64,000 bases of DNA. Origin: Candidatus Gottesmanbacteria bacterium GW2011_GWA2_43_14. Its GTDB lineage: Bacteria > Patescibacteriota > Microgenomatia > 2-02-FULL-39-11. The notes beneath the pieces are model-generated. The model saw nothing but the letters and a program-made list of their open reading frames with translations, was not told the DNA's origin and made no database searches. The DNA lies in the NCBI GenBank assembly GCA_000999095.1, contig LCFP01000004.1, positions 80,930 to 144,929 on the forward strand. The letters run 5' to 3'. The stretch's first letter is position 1. Each line of letters starts with the position of its first letter. The translations under genes were made by a program, and so were the position numbers. Shown piece by piece: positions 1-9,186 of the stretch.

Positions 1-604
1 AAGGATGCTCCGGATCAGCTTTCTCGAAAAACTGTTCCGGATCCACCCAGATATTTCTGAATTCAGTTAATTTATCCGGATTGACATATATGGTTACAGG
101 TCGCCTTCGTTTGGCGTCATCAGGGAAGATGTAATTCGGCTGCACTTCGATGGAATCCATCGGGGCGACATACGAAGGCATTGCTGGGTTACCCCAGATG
201 CCTTTTTCCTCGATCAGCTGTTCATTGTTGTAAATAATATCGTCACCCCCGAAAATATAACCCTGATGGATGAGCACATGCTTCCATTGTTTACGATCCA
301 GTATGCCTGCTAAATTTGTAGGAAAAATCTGCCAGTCTTCCTCCGAGGGTATGATACCTATTTCAGGGTTATTTCTTATTCCTTCCTCAATTTTTCTTCT
401 GTAATCGGGATCTTTCATCCTCTCCGTTAATCGCTCCAGTTCCTGAGTCGCCTGAGACTTATTGATTGTAAAAAAATTCTTTTCTTCAAATGTGGGCGGT
501 GGTCTATTCCATTTCGCAAGCATTTTATTTAATCGATCAATTTGTCCTGATTTTGGATATAGGTCTCCGGCGGATATTGAAATTGGCTCATCTGGGAAAC
601 TCAT
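1..604 (-). CDS. hypothetical protein (5' part; ORF runs off the left edge of the window)
   Basis: Continuous minus-strand reading frame from the ATG at 604..602 to the window edge (MSFPDEPISISAGDLYPKSGQIDRLNKMLAKW...). No family recognised. It is absent from the ORF track because it is truncated. Confidence 0.45.
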   Translation of the reverse strand, partial: MSFPDEPISISAGDLYPKSGQIDRLNKMLAKWNRPPPTFEEKNFFTINKSQATQELERLTERMKDPDYRRKIEEGIRNNPEIGIIPSEEDWQIFPTNLAGILDRKQWKHVLIHQGYIFGGDDIIYNNEQLIEEKGIWGNPAMPSYVAPMDSIEVQPNYIFPDDAKRRRPVTIYVNPDKLTEFRNIWVDPEQFFEKADPEHP

Positions 605-734
605 AAATTAATATTATCAAAATACGGAATTTATTATCGAAAACACGTTCTGATTTCTTCCAGTCCGCGCAACAAGATAAATTGCGCCTCACAAGGCGCT
701 GTTTTTTTATCCAGTAATCCTAAAGGATGAGGAA

Positions 735-1016
735 GTGAGAATGATCAATTATAGTAATAGTATGTGGTTTGTTTATGTTCTTCTTTGCGGGGATGGCAGT
801 CTGTATACCGGTATCACCGATGATCCTTCTCAAAGACTGGCTGACCACAAACAGGGTAAAGGCGGCCGATATACCAGATCCCACCAACCAGTGGAGATAA
901 TTTATCAGGAAAAGTGCAAAAGCAGAGGTGAGGCTTTAAAAAGGGAGTATCAGATCAAAAGCTGGGATAGGCAAAGAAAAATAAAAGATTTAAATTTGGC
1001 GGCTAAACTAAGATAA
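735..1016 (+). CDS. GIY-YIG nuclease family protein (UPF0213/YhbQ-like)
   Basis: 93-aa ORF with a GIY-YIG core (FVYVLLCGDGSLYTGITDDPSQRLADH...GGRYT...EYQIK). An alternative start at 744 is possible. An SD-like 'aaaggatgagg' lies upstream. Confidence 0.7.
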   Translation: MRMINYSNSMWFVYVLLCGDGSLYTGITDDPSQRLADHKQGKGGRYTRSHQPVEIIYQEKCKSRGEALKREYQIKSWDRQRKIKDLNLAAKLR

Positions 1017-1023
1017 GACCCTT

Positions 1024-1980
1024 ATGAACGATTTACCTCCGGCATTTTTGTCCAGGCTGAAAAAAATTGTACCACCGGAAAATCTAAGCGCAGTTGTAGG
1101 TTCTTTTTCTCTGAAGAAACCGACAACATTCAGGACTAATACCTTAAAAATAAAAACTGAGGAACTACGGGAAAAACTGCAACAGGCGGGACACAAAATT
1201 TCCCGCGTCAATTGGTACGGTGATGCTTTTATCTTTCGGGATCCGCAAAAAAAGTTAACGGAAACGGATCTTTATAAACAGGGATATTTTTACATCCAGA
1301 GCCTCTCCAGTATGATCCCGCCGCTTCTTCTGAATCCCCAAAAGAACGAAAAGGTTTTGGACATAACAGCTGCTCCGGGCAGCAAGACTACGCAAATGGC
1401 GGCAATGATGCAAAACAGCGGTGAGATTTTGGCCAATGATCTGTCCCAGATCAGACTTCTCCGGCTTCAAGCCAATCTGAAAATTCAGGGAGTTGCCAAC
1501 ACCGTCATTAAACATGCTGATGCCAGGTCTTTTTGGCAGGAATACCCGGAGTATTTTGACAAATCTTTAGCGGATGTTCCCTGCAGTCTGGAGGGCACGA
1601 TATATATTCATGATCCAAAAAGCTTCGAGAACTGGTCAATAAAAAAAATAGAGGAACTTGCCAACCGTTCCCGCTGGATTTTGCGGTCGGCATTCAGCAG
1701 TATCCGGGCGGGCGGACGGATCGTCTATTCAACCTGTACTTTAGCTCCCGAAGAGAACGAAGAAGTTATAGATTGGCTTTTGACCAAGGAAAAAGGCAAA
1801 GTTGAAGTTGAGGAAGCTCACATTCCCGGTCTTGATACATATCCGGCATTGAGAGGCTGGCAAGGGAAAGTATATGATCGGCAAATAAAAAAGACTTTCC
1901 GTATCCTGCCGTCTGAGTTGATGGAAGGTTTTTATGTGGCAGTTTTGAGAAAAATCAAATCAAATATAATAAAAGTATGA
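1024..1980 (+). CDS. NOL1/NOP2/Sun-family RNA (rRNA) cytosine-C5 methyltransferase (RsmB/RsmF-like)
   Basis: SAM-binding motif I (DITAAPGSKT), motif IV (DVPCS) and motif VI (YSTCTL), which are characteristic of m5C RNA methyltransferases. Confidence 0.8.
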   Translation: MNDLPPAFLSRLKKIVPPENLSAVVGSFSLKKPTTFRTNTLKIKTEELREKLQQAGHKISRVNWYGDAFIFRDPQKKLTETDLYKQGYFYIQSLSSMIPPLLLNPQKNEKVLDITAAPGSKTTQMAAMMQNSGEILANDLSQIRLLRLQANLKIQGVANTVIKHADARSFWQEYPEYFDKSLADVPCSLEGTIYIHDPKSFENWSIKKIEELANRSRWILRSAFSSIRAGGRIVYSTCTLAPEENEEVIDWLLTKEKGKVEVEEAHIPGLDTYPALRGWQGKVYDRQIKKTFRILPSELMEGFYVAVLRKIKSNIIKV

Positions 1981-2768
1981 AAATCATTCCATACGGTACA
2001 AACGGCTTTGTTTCCAGCTTCAACAGGCAAACTGCCTGTTATGTAATTCCGCTTGGTGACCAATTGATAATTCTTGATGCAGGCAGCGGCCTTTTCCGCT
2101 TTATGGAACCGGCAGGAAGAAAACTGCTTAAAGATAAGAGGAAAATAAAAATATTTTTATCCCATTACCATCTCGATCATACTTTCGGCTTTTACGCCGC
2201 CTTTGAAATGTTTGAAAAAGAGGAGGTTGAAGTTTTCGGTTTGGAAGACAGACATGTTTTAAAGGAGTTAGTATCAATCGGTCAGTTTCCGGTCGAATAC
2301 GAAAAAAAACACAGGAATTTCAGCTGGATAAAAGCAGAATCGGGAAAAGATGAAAATGAAGGATTTAAATATTCAACCAGAGTACAAAAGCACCGGTTTG
2401 AGAAAAGTCTTGGTTACAGGCTGGAATTTGAAAACGGCAAAAGCATTGCTTATGTGACGGATGCCGATCCTAGCAGGGAAAGCGTAAATTTTGTGAAGGG
2501 AGCAGATCTGTTGTTGCACGAACATGAAACTCAGAATGTGCCGGAGTATACCAAAGACAGCCGGTTGGAAGATCTGATAAGCAAAGGAGGACATATAACC
2601 ACCCAAGGAGCTGCCCTGATTGCCAAAGAGGCAGGGGTTAAAAAACTTTATTTAATTCATCATAATCCTCCATGTACATGGGCTGAACTTGAAAAAGATT
2701 TGAAAAAAGCAAAAAGAATATTCCCCGAAAGTTTTCTTACCCAAGATTTAGAAGAAATTGAGTTTTAA
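1977..2768 (+). CDS. MBL-fold metallo-hydrolase
   Basis: HxHxDH motif (SHYHLDHTFG) plus downstream His/Asp ligands. It overlaps the upstream gene by 4 bp. Confidence 0.75.
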   Translation: MKIIPYGTNGFVSSFNRQTACYVIPLGDQLIILDAGSGLFRFMEPAGRKLLKDKRKIKIFLSHYHLDHTFGFYAAFEMFEKEEVEVFGLEDRHVLKELVSIGQFPVEYEKKHRNFSWIKAESGKDENEGFKYSTRVQKHRFEKSLGYRLEFENGKSIAYVTDADPSRESVNFVKGADLLLHEHETQNVPEYTKDSRLEDLISKGGHITTQGAALIAKEAGVKKLYLIHHNPPCTWAELEKDLKKAKRIFPESFLTQDLEEIEF

Positions 2769-2837
2769 ATATCAATTTTTTGCCGGCCTGAATACGGATT
2801 TGACAGCTGTGGTAAGATATATAGAGATTTATAAATG

Positions 2838-3090
2838 CATTGATGGCATATGGTTGGGATGCCGGAGCAGCCCCGATAAAATCGGGGACGGAGGCGAAAC
2901 CGTAAAAAGACAGCAACGAGTGTCGTAAATAAAACGGAGCTCGTCAGAAATAAGGCTTTCCCGCCTTTTAATGACAGTCCCGATTTGATCGGGATTTTTT
3001 TAAGGAGGGGACGGCAAAACAAGGTGGCACCGCGAGTTATTCGCCCTTGATTCCCCGTGAATTATTCCGGGGAAAGGAGGGCGTTTTTTT
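2838..3090 (+). promoter_or_regulatory. T-box riboswitch leader, probably Trp-specific, upstream of trpE
   Basis: Conserved T-box sequence AACAAGGUGGCACCGCGAG at 3017..3036. The UGGC bulge would pair with the NCCA end of a tRNA whose discriminator base is G, as in tRNA-Trp. There is a candidate specifier hairpin with UGG (ggcauaUGGuugggaugcc, about 2846..2864). The leader lies directly upstream of the trp operon. A TTGACA -35-like hexamer lies at 2800..2805. Confidence 0.6.
3042..3090 (+). terminator. Intrinsic terminator forming the expression platform of the T-box leader
   Basis: Hairpin CGCCCUUgauuCCCCG...CGGGGaaAGGAGGGCG followed by a U7 run ending 1 nt before the trpE ATG. The 3' arm contains the trpE SD sequence AGGAGG. 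Confidence 0.5.
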
Positions 3091-4455
3091 ATGAGAAACA
3101 TATTTAAGACACTGAAAATCGGGAAATACCGGGAAGAGAAACTGGATTTAAATATCTCTGCCTTCGAGGTATTTAAGAGGCTTTATCCGCATTATAAAAA
3201 CCTCTTTTTATTGGAATCTTTAGGCGAAGAAGGCCGTTATAACCGTTTTTCTTATGTAGGAACTGCCCCAGATACGGTTTTAACTGCTATAGGTAAGGAA
3301 TTGATTATAGACGGAAAGTTACAGGAAAAAGTTAATCCTTTTGATTACCTGCGCCACTTGCCCAATATCAAATCAAGATCAAGCGGATTTATAGGCGGTT
3401 TAGTCGGTTATTTTACCTACGAAGCCGCCGGCTATTTTGAACCGGGCTTTAAGGGTTTTGAAAATAGCGGTTTTCCCGAATTTAGTTTAGGTCTTTATCT
3501 AGACGGCTTTATTTTTGACAAAAAAGGCCGTAAATGCCGCTATTTCCATTATGGCCGTTCAAGATTAAACCATTTCCTCAAACTGATTAATATGACAACC
3601 GGTAGATTGGCTGATTTTTCTTTTCAACCGTTAAGAAAACCTGATAAACAAAAACACATGGAAATGGTCAGTCATGCGCTTGAGGAGATAAAGAAAGGTA
3701 ATATTTTTCAGGTAGTTTTAGCTGACAAAAACAGTTACCGAATAAGCGGAGATTCCAGAAGGATTTATGCGGCTCTCCGCCAGGAAAACCCGTCACCTTA
3801 TATGATTTATCTTAAATTTGATAACCGGGAAATAATTTCTGCCAGTCCGGAGCTTTTAATTAGAGTTAAAGGCAAACAAATTGAACACTATGGAACCTTG
3901 GCCGGAACAATCAGAAGAGGCCGCGATCCGGATGAAGATCTTCGTTTGGAAGAAAAACTTAAAAATGACGCAAAAGAACAGGCCGAGCATCTGATGCTGG
4001 TTGATCTGGCCAGAAATGATGTCGGACGGATAGCCCAATTCGGTTCAGTGACGGCAGAAAAGATGGGAAGCGTCAAGAAATTTACCCATGTCCAGCATTT
4101 ATTCACAGAAATTCGGGGAAAACTCTTAAACGGTAAAAATTATTTCGATGCTTTAGCAGTCTGTTTCCCTGCCGGAACATTGACCGGCGCTCCGAAAATA
4201 GAGGCCATGAAGATAATAAAAGAGCTGGAGGGAGAATGCAGGGGACCGTATGGCGGTGTCGCCGGTTATTTTTCATTTAACGGTGAATCGATGCTGGCTA
4301 TACTGATCCGCTCTCTGTATATCAGGGGTCAACTGGCTGTAACCGAAACCGGGAGCGGTATTGTATTGGATTCAATCGCCGATCGTGAATTTAAAGAAAT
4401 TGTGAATAAACAGAAGGGCATGGAAAAAACTCTCCGGAAAGCGAGTGTGATATGA
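3091..4455 (+). CDS. trpE: anthranilate synthase component I
   Basis: Chorismate-binding enzyme signature (LMLVDLARNDVGRIAQFGSV, GAPKIEAM). Length 454 aa. First gene after the T-box leader. Confidence 0.9.
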   Translation: MRNIFKTLKIGKYREEKLDLNISAFEVFKRLYPHYKNLFLLESLGEEGRYNRFSYVGTAPDTVLTAIGKELIIDGKLQEKVNPFDYLRHLPNIKSRSSGFIGGLVGYFTYEAAGYFEPGFKGFENSGFPEFSLGLYLDGFIFDKKGRKCRYFHYGRSRLNHFLKLINMTTGRLADFSFQPLRKPDKQKHMEMVSHALEEIKKGNIFQVVLADKNSYRISGDSRRIYAALRQENPSPYMIYLKFDNREIISASPELLIRVKGKQIEHYGTLAGTIRRGRDPDEDLRLEEKLKNDAKEQAEHLMLVDLARNDVGRIAQFGSVTAEKMGSVKKFTHVQHLFTEIRGKLLNGKNYFDALAVCFPAGTLTGAPKIEAMKIIKELEGECRGPYGGVAGYFSFNGESMLAILIRSLYIRGQLAVTETGSGIVLDSIADREFKEIVNKQKGMEKTLRKASVI

Positions 4456-5033
4456 AAACATTAATTATTGATAATTATGATTCTTTTACCTATAACCTTT
4501 ATCAGCTTATCGGAGAATTAGGCGGGAACCCGCAGGTTATTCGGAATGACCGGATTTCACTTGCTGAAATTAAGGCATGCAAATATTCGCATATAGTCAT
4601 ATCTCCGGGACCCGGTAGCCCGGAAGATCCTAATTATTTCGGAATTTGTTCTCAAGTCATTATAAAAGCAGGCAAAAAAATGCCGGTTTTAGGAGTCTGT
4701 CTCGGGCATCAGGGGATTATTCACTGTTTCGGCGGAAAAATAGTCAGGGCCGAACAGATATTGCACGGAAAAAAGAGCCTCATAAAGCATAACCGGCAGG
4801 GCATATTTAAAAATATCAGAAGTCCTCTGTTGGGGATGCGTTATCACTCTTTGGTCGGGGAGAGAATTTCCTTGCCGGCGGAACTTGAGATCACGGCCGA
4901 AACCGATGACGACACCATTATGGGAGTCAAACATAAAAAATTTCCGATCTTCGGCATCCAGTTTCATCCGGAATCAATAGGTACTGAAGACGGATTGCTT
5001 ATTCTGAAAAATTTTCTGGGATCAGGATTATGA
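4452..5033 (+). CDS. trpG: anthranilate synthase component II (glutamine amidotransferase)
   Basis: Class I GATase catalytic Cys motif (GVCLGHQ) and the His/Glu dyad region (FHPES). ATGA overlap with trpE. Confidence 0.9.
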   Translation: MKTLIIDNYDSFTYNLYQLIGELGGNPQVIRNDRISLAEIKACKYSHIVISPGPGSPEDPNYFGICSQVIIKAGKKMPVLGVCLGHQGIIHCFGGKIVRAEQILHGKKSLIKHNRQGIFKNIRSPLLGMRYHSLVGERISLPAELEITAETDDDTIMGVKHKKFPIFGIQFHPESIGTEDGLLILKNFLGSGL

Positions 5034-6052
5034 ATCTGAATGATTATTTAAAAAAAATTACCGCTGGTGTTAATTTAAGCCGGAATGAAAGCGAAGAATT
5101 GGCAGGTTTGCTTTTGAATCATTCTCCGGAAGATTCAGTCAAAGCCGGGGCAGTTTTGACGGCTTTGAAAATGAAAGGGGAAACAGTCGAGGAGATTTTG
5201 GGATTCGTGCATATATTACGGAAAGAAATGATCAAAGTTCCTGTGGAAGGACTGATTGTTGATACCTGCGGTACAGGAGGCGACGGGCAACAGACTTTCA
5301 ATATTTCCACCGCCGCCGCTCTGGTTGCGGCCGCCTGCGGAGTTATGGTGGCCAAACACGGCAACAGAAAGGTTTCAGGATCAGTCGGCAGTGCCGATGT
5401 TTTGGAAGGATTGGCAGTAAAAATAAATTTAAGCCCCGAGGCAGCCAGCAAGTGTTTGGAAAAGATAAAATTTGCCTTTCTCTTTGCACCCAACTTCCAT
5501 CCGGCGCTTAAAACAATAGGAGCCATCCGCCAACAGTTGAAAATAAGCACGATTTTTAATCTTTTGGGGCCTTTGCTTAATCCCGCAGGAGTCAAAAGAC
5601 AGCTGATCGGCGTACCGAGTTTGGAAACAGCCGAAAAATTAAGTCAAGTTGTCAAAAAGCTGGACTATGAGCATGTTTTAGTGGTTTGCGCCGAAGACGG
5701 TTTGGATGAAATAAGTCTCTATGCCAGGACCCATATTTTTGAAATAAAAAACGGCCGCATCCGGCGGTTTATTTTAGATCCGAAAAGTTTGGGAATTAAA
5801 AGCAAGAATAAAGAATCAATCAAGGGGATTAACCGGAAACACAATGCCGGCATGATTTTGGATATTCTCAAAGGAAATCCTGGTGATCCGCGGGAGATAG
5901 TAATTCTGAACGCGGCTGCTGTTTTGACAGTGGTGGCGGCGGCTAAGAATTTTAAAGAAGGGATCATGTTGGCCAGACAGGCAGTTGATTCAGGCAAAGC
6001 CTTGGAAATTTATAAAAAATTTAAAGCTTTAACTTATGAACTTTCTGATTAA
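5030..6052 (+). CDS. trpD: anthranilate phosphoribosyltransferase
   Basis: DTCGTGGDG glycine-rich PRPP-binding motif and KHGNR. 4-bp overlap with trpG. Confidence 0.9.
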   Translation: MNLNDYLKKITAGVNLSRNESEELAGLLLNHSPEDSVKAGAVLTALKMKGETVEEILGFVHILRKEMIKVPVEGLIVDTCGTGGDGQQTFNISTAAALVAAACGVMVAKHGNRKVSGSVGSADVLEGLAVKINLSPEAASKCLEKIKFAFLFAPNFHPALKTIGAIRQQLKISTIFNLLGPLLNPAGVKRQLIGVPSLETAEKLSQVVKKLDYEHVLVVCAEDGLDEISLYARTHIFEIKNGRIRRFILDPKSLGIKSKNKESIKGINRKHNAGMILDILKGNPGDPREIVILNAAAVLTVVAAAKNFKEGIMLARQAVDSGKALEIYKKFKALTYELSD

Positions 6053-6707
6053 TCTAAAAAAACCATCAGGCTATTTCGCATTAATTGCCGAAATAAAACT
6101 CAAGTCGCCTTCCGAAGGATTTTTGGGAAACGAAAGCCAGGTGGTTGAAATTACCGGTCAATATCAGGAAGCAGGGGCTGATGCTTTGTCGGTTGTAACT
6201 GAAAAAAAACTATTTGCCGGAAATATTAAGCTGATTAAAACCGTCAAAAAAGCCTGCCAATTGCCTGTGCTTTGCAAGGATTTTGTGACAGAGGGACGTC
6301 AACTGAAGGCTATTGCTGAAGCCGGAGCGGATGCGGTTCTGCTTTTGTCCAGAATTCTCAATGACCTTCAGTTGGAAATATTAAAGCAGACGGCTCAAAA
6401 ACTTAATCTTTTGCCTATTGTCGAAGCCGATAATTTTAACGATTTGAATCGGATAAAAAACCGCAACTTTCCGGTAGTGGCCGTAAACGCCCGCAACTTG
6501 GATGACTTAACTGTTGACAGAGACAGAGCCTGCCGGATGCTGAGATTGATCCCGGAGGCAACTTTCAAATTGGCTTTTTCCGGCGTCAGAAACAGACAGG
6601 ATGTCAGGGATTACTTAAAAAGCGGAGCCAGAGGAGTCCTGGTGGGAACGGCTTTGATGAAATCAGCCGACAGAATTAATCTTATCCGGGAATTGAAAAA
6701 GTTGTGA
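6036..6707 (+). CDS. trpC: indole-3-glycerol phosphate synthase
   Basis: 223-aa TIM-barrel-sized ORF at the expected position in the trp operon. The start codon is uncertain; the ORF overlaps the trpD 3' end. Confidence 0.8.
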   Translation: MNFLINLKKPSGYFALIAEIKLKSPSEGFLGNESQVVEITGQYQEAGADALSVVTEKKLFAGNIKLIKTVKKACQLPVLCKDFVTEGRQLKAIAEAGADAVLLLSRILNDLQLEILKQTAQKLNLLPIVEADNFNDLNRIKNRNFPVVAVNARNLDDLTVDRDRACRMLRLIPEATFKLAFSGVRNRQDVRDYLKSGARGVLVGTALMKSADRINLIRELKKL

Positions 6708-7294
6708 AAACTAAAATTAAAATCTGCGGGATAAAAACATTGGAGGAAGCCCTTTTCTGCGGCCAGGCCGCCGCTGATTATCTGGGATTTAATTTCGTGC
6801 CAGCTTCATCCAGGCATATCGATATGGATACTGCCAAATCAATAATTGCCGGTTTGCCGTCAGGGAGGCTGGAGACAGTAGGAGTTTTTCGTGATGAGAG
6901 GCCTGAAAAAGTGTTACAGATAGCTGAAGTGTTACATCTTGACTTTGTCCAGTTACATGGAAATGAAAATGAGGATTACGTCAGATTACTGCCGAATTTA
7001 AGGATTATCAAAGTGATCAACGGAGATTCTCTTCCTGAAAAATTTCCGGCGGAATTTGTGATGATTGACCGGGAAATCCAGGGGCAAGGAATGACGGTAG
7101 ATTTCCAAAAACTGTCCAGTCGGCAAATAGGAAAGCCTCTCTTTCTGGCCGGAGGCTTAAAGCCGGAAAACGTCAGGCAGGCAGTGTCCATTGTCAGACC
7201 ATATGCGGTTGATGTCGCTTCCGGAGTCGAAACGAACGGAAAAAAAGATCCGCAGAAAATCAGAAAATTTATAACTCAGGTAAACTCTCTATGA
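6704..7294 (+). CDS. trpF: phosphoribosylanthranilate isomerase
   Basis: 196-aa PRAI-like ORF (KICGI..., QLHG) between trpC and trpB. 4-bp overlaps on both sides. Confidence 0.8.
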   Translation: MKTKIKICGIKTLEEALFCGQAAADYLGFNFVPASSRHIDMDTAKSIIAGLPSGRLETVGVFRDERPEKVLQIAEVLHLDFVQLHGNENEDYVRLLPNLRIIKVINGDSLPEKFPAEFVMIDREIQGQGMTVDFQKLSSRQIGKPLFLAGGLKPENVRQAVSIVRPYAVDVASGVETNGKKDPQKIRKFITQVNSL

Positions 7295-8445
7295 GCAAAA
7301 TAAACTTAACTCCAAAATCAGGCTATTTTGGCGAATTCGGCGGTAATTTTACCAGTGAGTTGTTGTATCCGGCTCTATTTGAACTAAGGAAGGTGTTTTC
7401 CAAATTAAAAAAGGACCGGCATTTTCTGAAAACATACCGGGGATATCTTGGCAGTTATGCCGGCAGGCCGACCCCTTTGTATTTTGCATCCAATCTGTCG
7501 GATTTTATCGGCTGCCGGGTTTATCTGAAGCGGGAAGATTTGGTCAACGGAGGCTCACATAAGCTGAATAACACTTTAGGCCAGGTACTGCTTACGAAAA
7601 CTTTGGGAAAAAAAGAAATTATTACTGAAACAGCGGCAGGCATGAACGGTGTGGCGACTGCCATGGCAGCAGCGGCCTTGGGGCTGACCTGCAAAGTTTT
7701 TATGGGGGTAAGAGACATGGAAAGGCAACGGCTGAATGCCCAAAAAGTTAAATTGCTTGGAGGAGAGATAATTCCGGTTAAAAGGGGAGAAGGAGTCTTG
7801 AAAGATGCGGTATCGGAGGCAATGGTCTATTGGATCAGAAATATACATACGTGTCATTATCTGATCGGTTCAACCGTGGGACCTGACCCGTTCCCGGAAA
7901 TGGCAGCTTTTTTTCAGAAAATAATCGGTTTTGAAACCCGGATGCAAATATTTCAGCAGGAAAAGAGACTGCCGGGAAAAATTATAGCCTGCGGTTCCGG
8001 AGGCAGCAATGCTATCGGTATTTTTCAGGCATTTGTAAATGATTCCTGTGAATTGATTTTCGTCGAAGGGGCGGAATCAGCGGCTTTATCATCGGGATCG
8101 GCCGGCATTTTCCAGGGGACAAAAACGTATATTTTGCAGGATGAGTACGGTATGGACAGGAAAACGACTTCCCGGGCAGCCGGCCTTAACTATCCGGCCA
8201 GGGGTCCGCAGATAAGTTATCTCTATAAATTGGGCAGAATTAAAGCGGAAACAGTAAATAACAGAGAAGCAGTGGCCGCTTTTCGGGAAACAGTGAGACT
8301 TGAGGGTTTGTTGCCTGCTTTGGAGACCTGCCATGCATTAGCGTATTTACTTAGAAACAAAGGGAAGTTTTCTCAAAAAGAACTAATTGTCGTTAATTTC
8401 TCCGGACGCGGAGATAAAGATATGGAAACAGTATTGAAAATATGA
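7291..8445 (+). CDS. trpB: tryptophan synthase beta chain
   Basis: PLP-lysine motif region YLKREDLVNGGSHKLNNTLGQVLL, which matches the TrpB consensus (GGAHKxNxxLGQ). Confidence 0.9.
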   Translation: MSKINLTPKSGYFGEFGGNFTSELLYPALFELRKVFSKLKKDRHFLKTYRGYLGSYAGRPTPLYFASNLSDFIGCRVYLKREDLVNGGSHKLNNTLGQVLLTKTLGKKEIITETAAGMNGVATAMAAAALGLTCKVFMGVRDMERQRLNAQKVKLLGGEIIPVKRGEGVLKDAVSEAMVYWIRNIHTCHYLIGSTVGPDPFPEMAAFFQKIIGFETRMQIFQQEKRLPGKIIACGSGGSNAIGIFQAFVNDSCELIFVEGAESAALSSGSAGIFQGTKTYILQDEYGMDRKTTSRAAGLNYPARGPQISYLYKLGRIKAETVNNREAVAAFRETVRLEGLLPALETCHALAYLLRNKGKFSQKELIVVNFSGRGDKDMETVLKI

Positions 8446-9173
8446 AAACTTTGATGACCCATCTTTATTACGGCGATATAAGTCCGGATTTTTCACAGAA
8501 ACTGGCATTAACTTTAGCTTCAGCTGGAGCTGATTTTTTGGAAATCGGGATTCCTTATTCAGATCCGGTATGCGACGGGGTTATTTTTCAGGCAGCCTGC
8601 CGGCAGGCGCTTAAACAGGGAATTACTCCTGATGATGTCATAAACGGCCTAAAAAAAATCAGAGAAAATACGGATACTCCAATTTACTTAACCAGTTATT
8701 TCGGTCCCATATTTAAAATGGGCATCGAAATTTTTTTACGGAAAGCAAAGTCAAGCGGGGTAAAGGGGTTGATTGTTCCAGATTTACCTTTGGAGGAACA
8801 AAAAATTAAATTGCCTCTTATTCAGTTTGCTGCTGTAAATTCAAGTACGGAGAGATTGCATCAGATTATTGAAGCCGCCCAGGATTTTATTTATGTCATG
8901 TCCTTGCCTGGAATTACCGGTGACGAAAATCCCGGATATGAAAATTTAAAAAAACTGCTGAAGTTAATTAAAAGCAAGACTGACAGGAAAATATTAGTCG
9001 GATTCGGTATCAGAACAGCAAAAGAGGCTGCTGAAATTTGCGGCATGGGAGCTGACGGGGTGATTATCGGCAGCAGGATCGCTGAAATTTACAGAAGTGA
9101 GCCCAAAAATGAAGATCAGAGCTTGGATAAAATCAGGAAATTAGTTATAAATGTTAAAAAAGCCATAGGATAG
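8442..9173 (+). CDS. trpA: tryptophan synthase alpha chain
   Basis: 243-aa TrpA-like ORF (LEIGIPYSDPVCDG...) that is the last trp gene. 4-bp overlap with trpB. Confidence 0.85.
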   Translation: MKTLMTHLYYGDISPDFSQKLALTLASAGADFLEIGIPYSDPVCDGVIFQAACRQALKQGITPDDVINGLKKIRENTDTPIYLTSYFGPIFKMGIEIFLRKAKSSGVKGLIVPDLPLEEQKIKLPLIQFAAVNSSTERLHQIIEAAQDFIYVMSLPGITGDENPGYENLKKLLKLIKSKTDRKILVGFGIRTAKEAAEICGMGADGVIIGSRIAEIYRSEPKNEDQSLDKIRKLVINVKKAIG

Positions 9174-9186
9174 GCAGGGATTTTTT

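Noticed and set aside
2800-2836. Sigma70-type promoter for the T-box leader (TTGACA at 2800..2805)
   Set aside because: The -35 hexamer is perfect, but no convincing -10 hexamer lies at 16-18 bp spacing (TATATA at 12 bp, TATAAA at 25 bp). It is mentioned only as context and not annotated as a separate feature.
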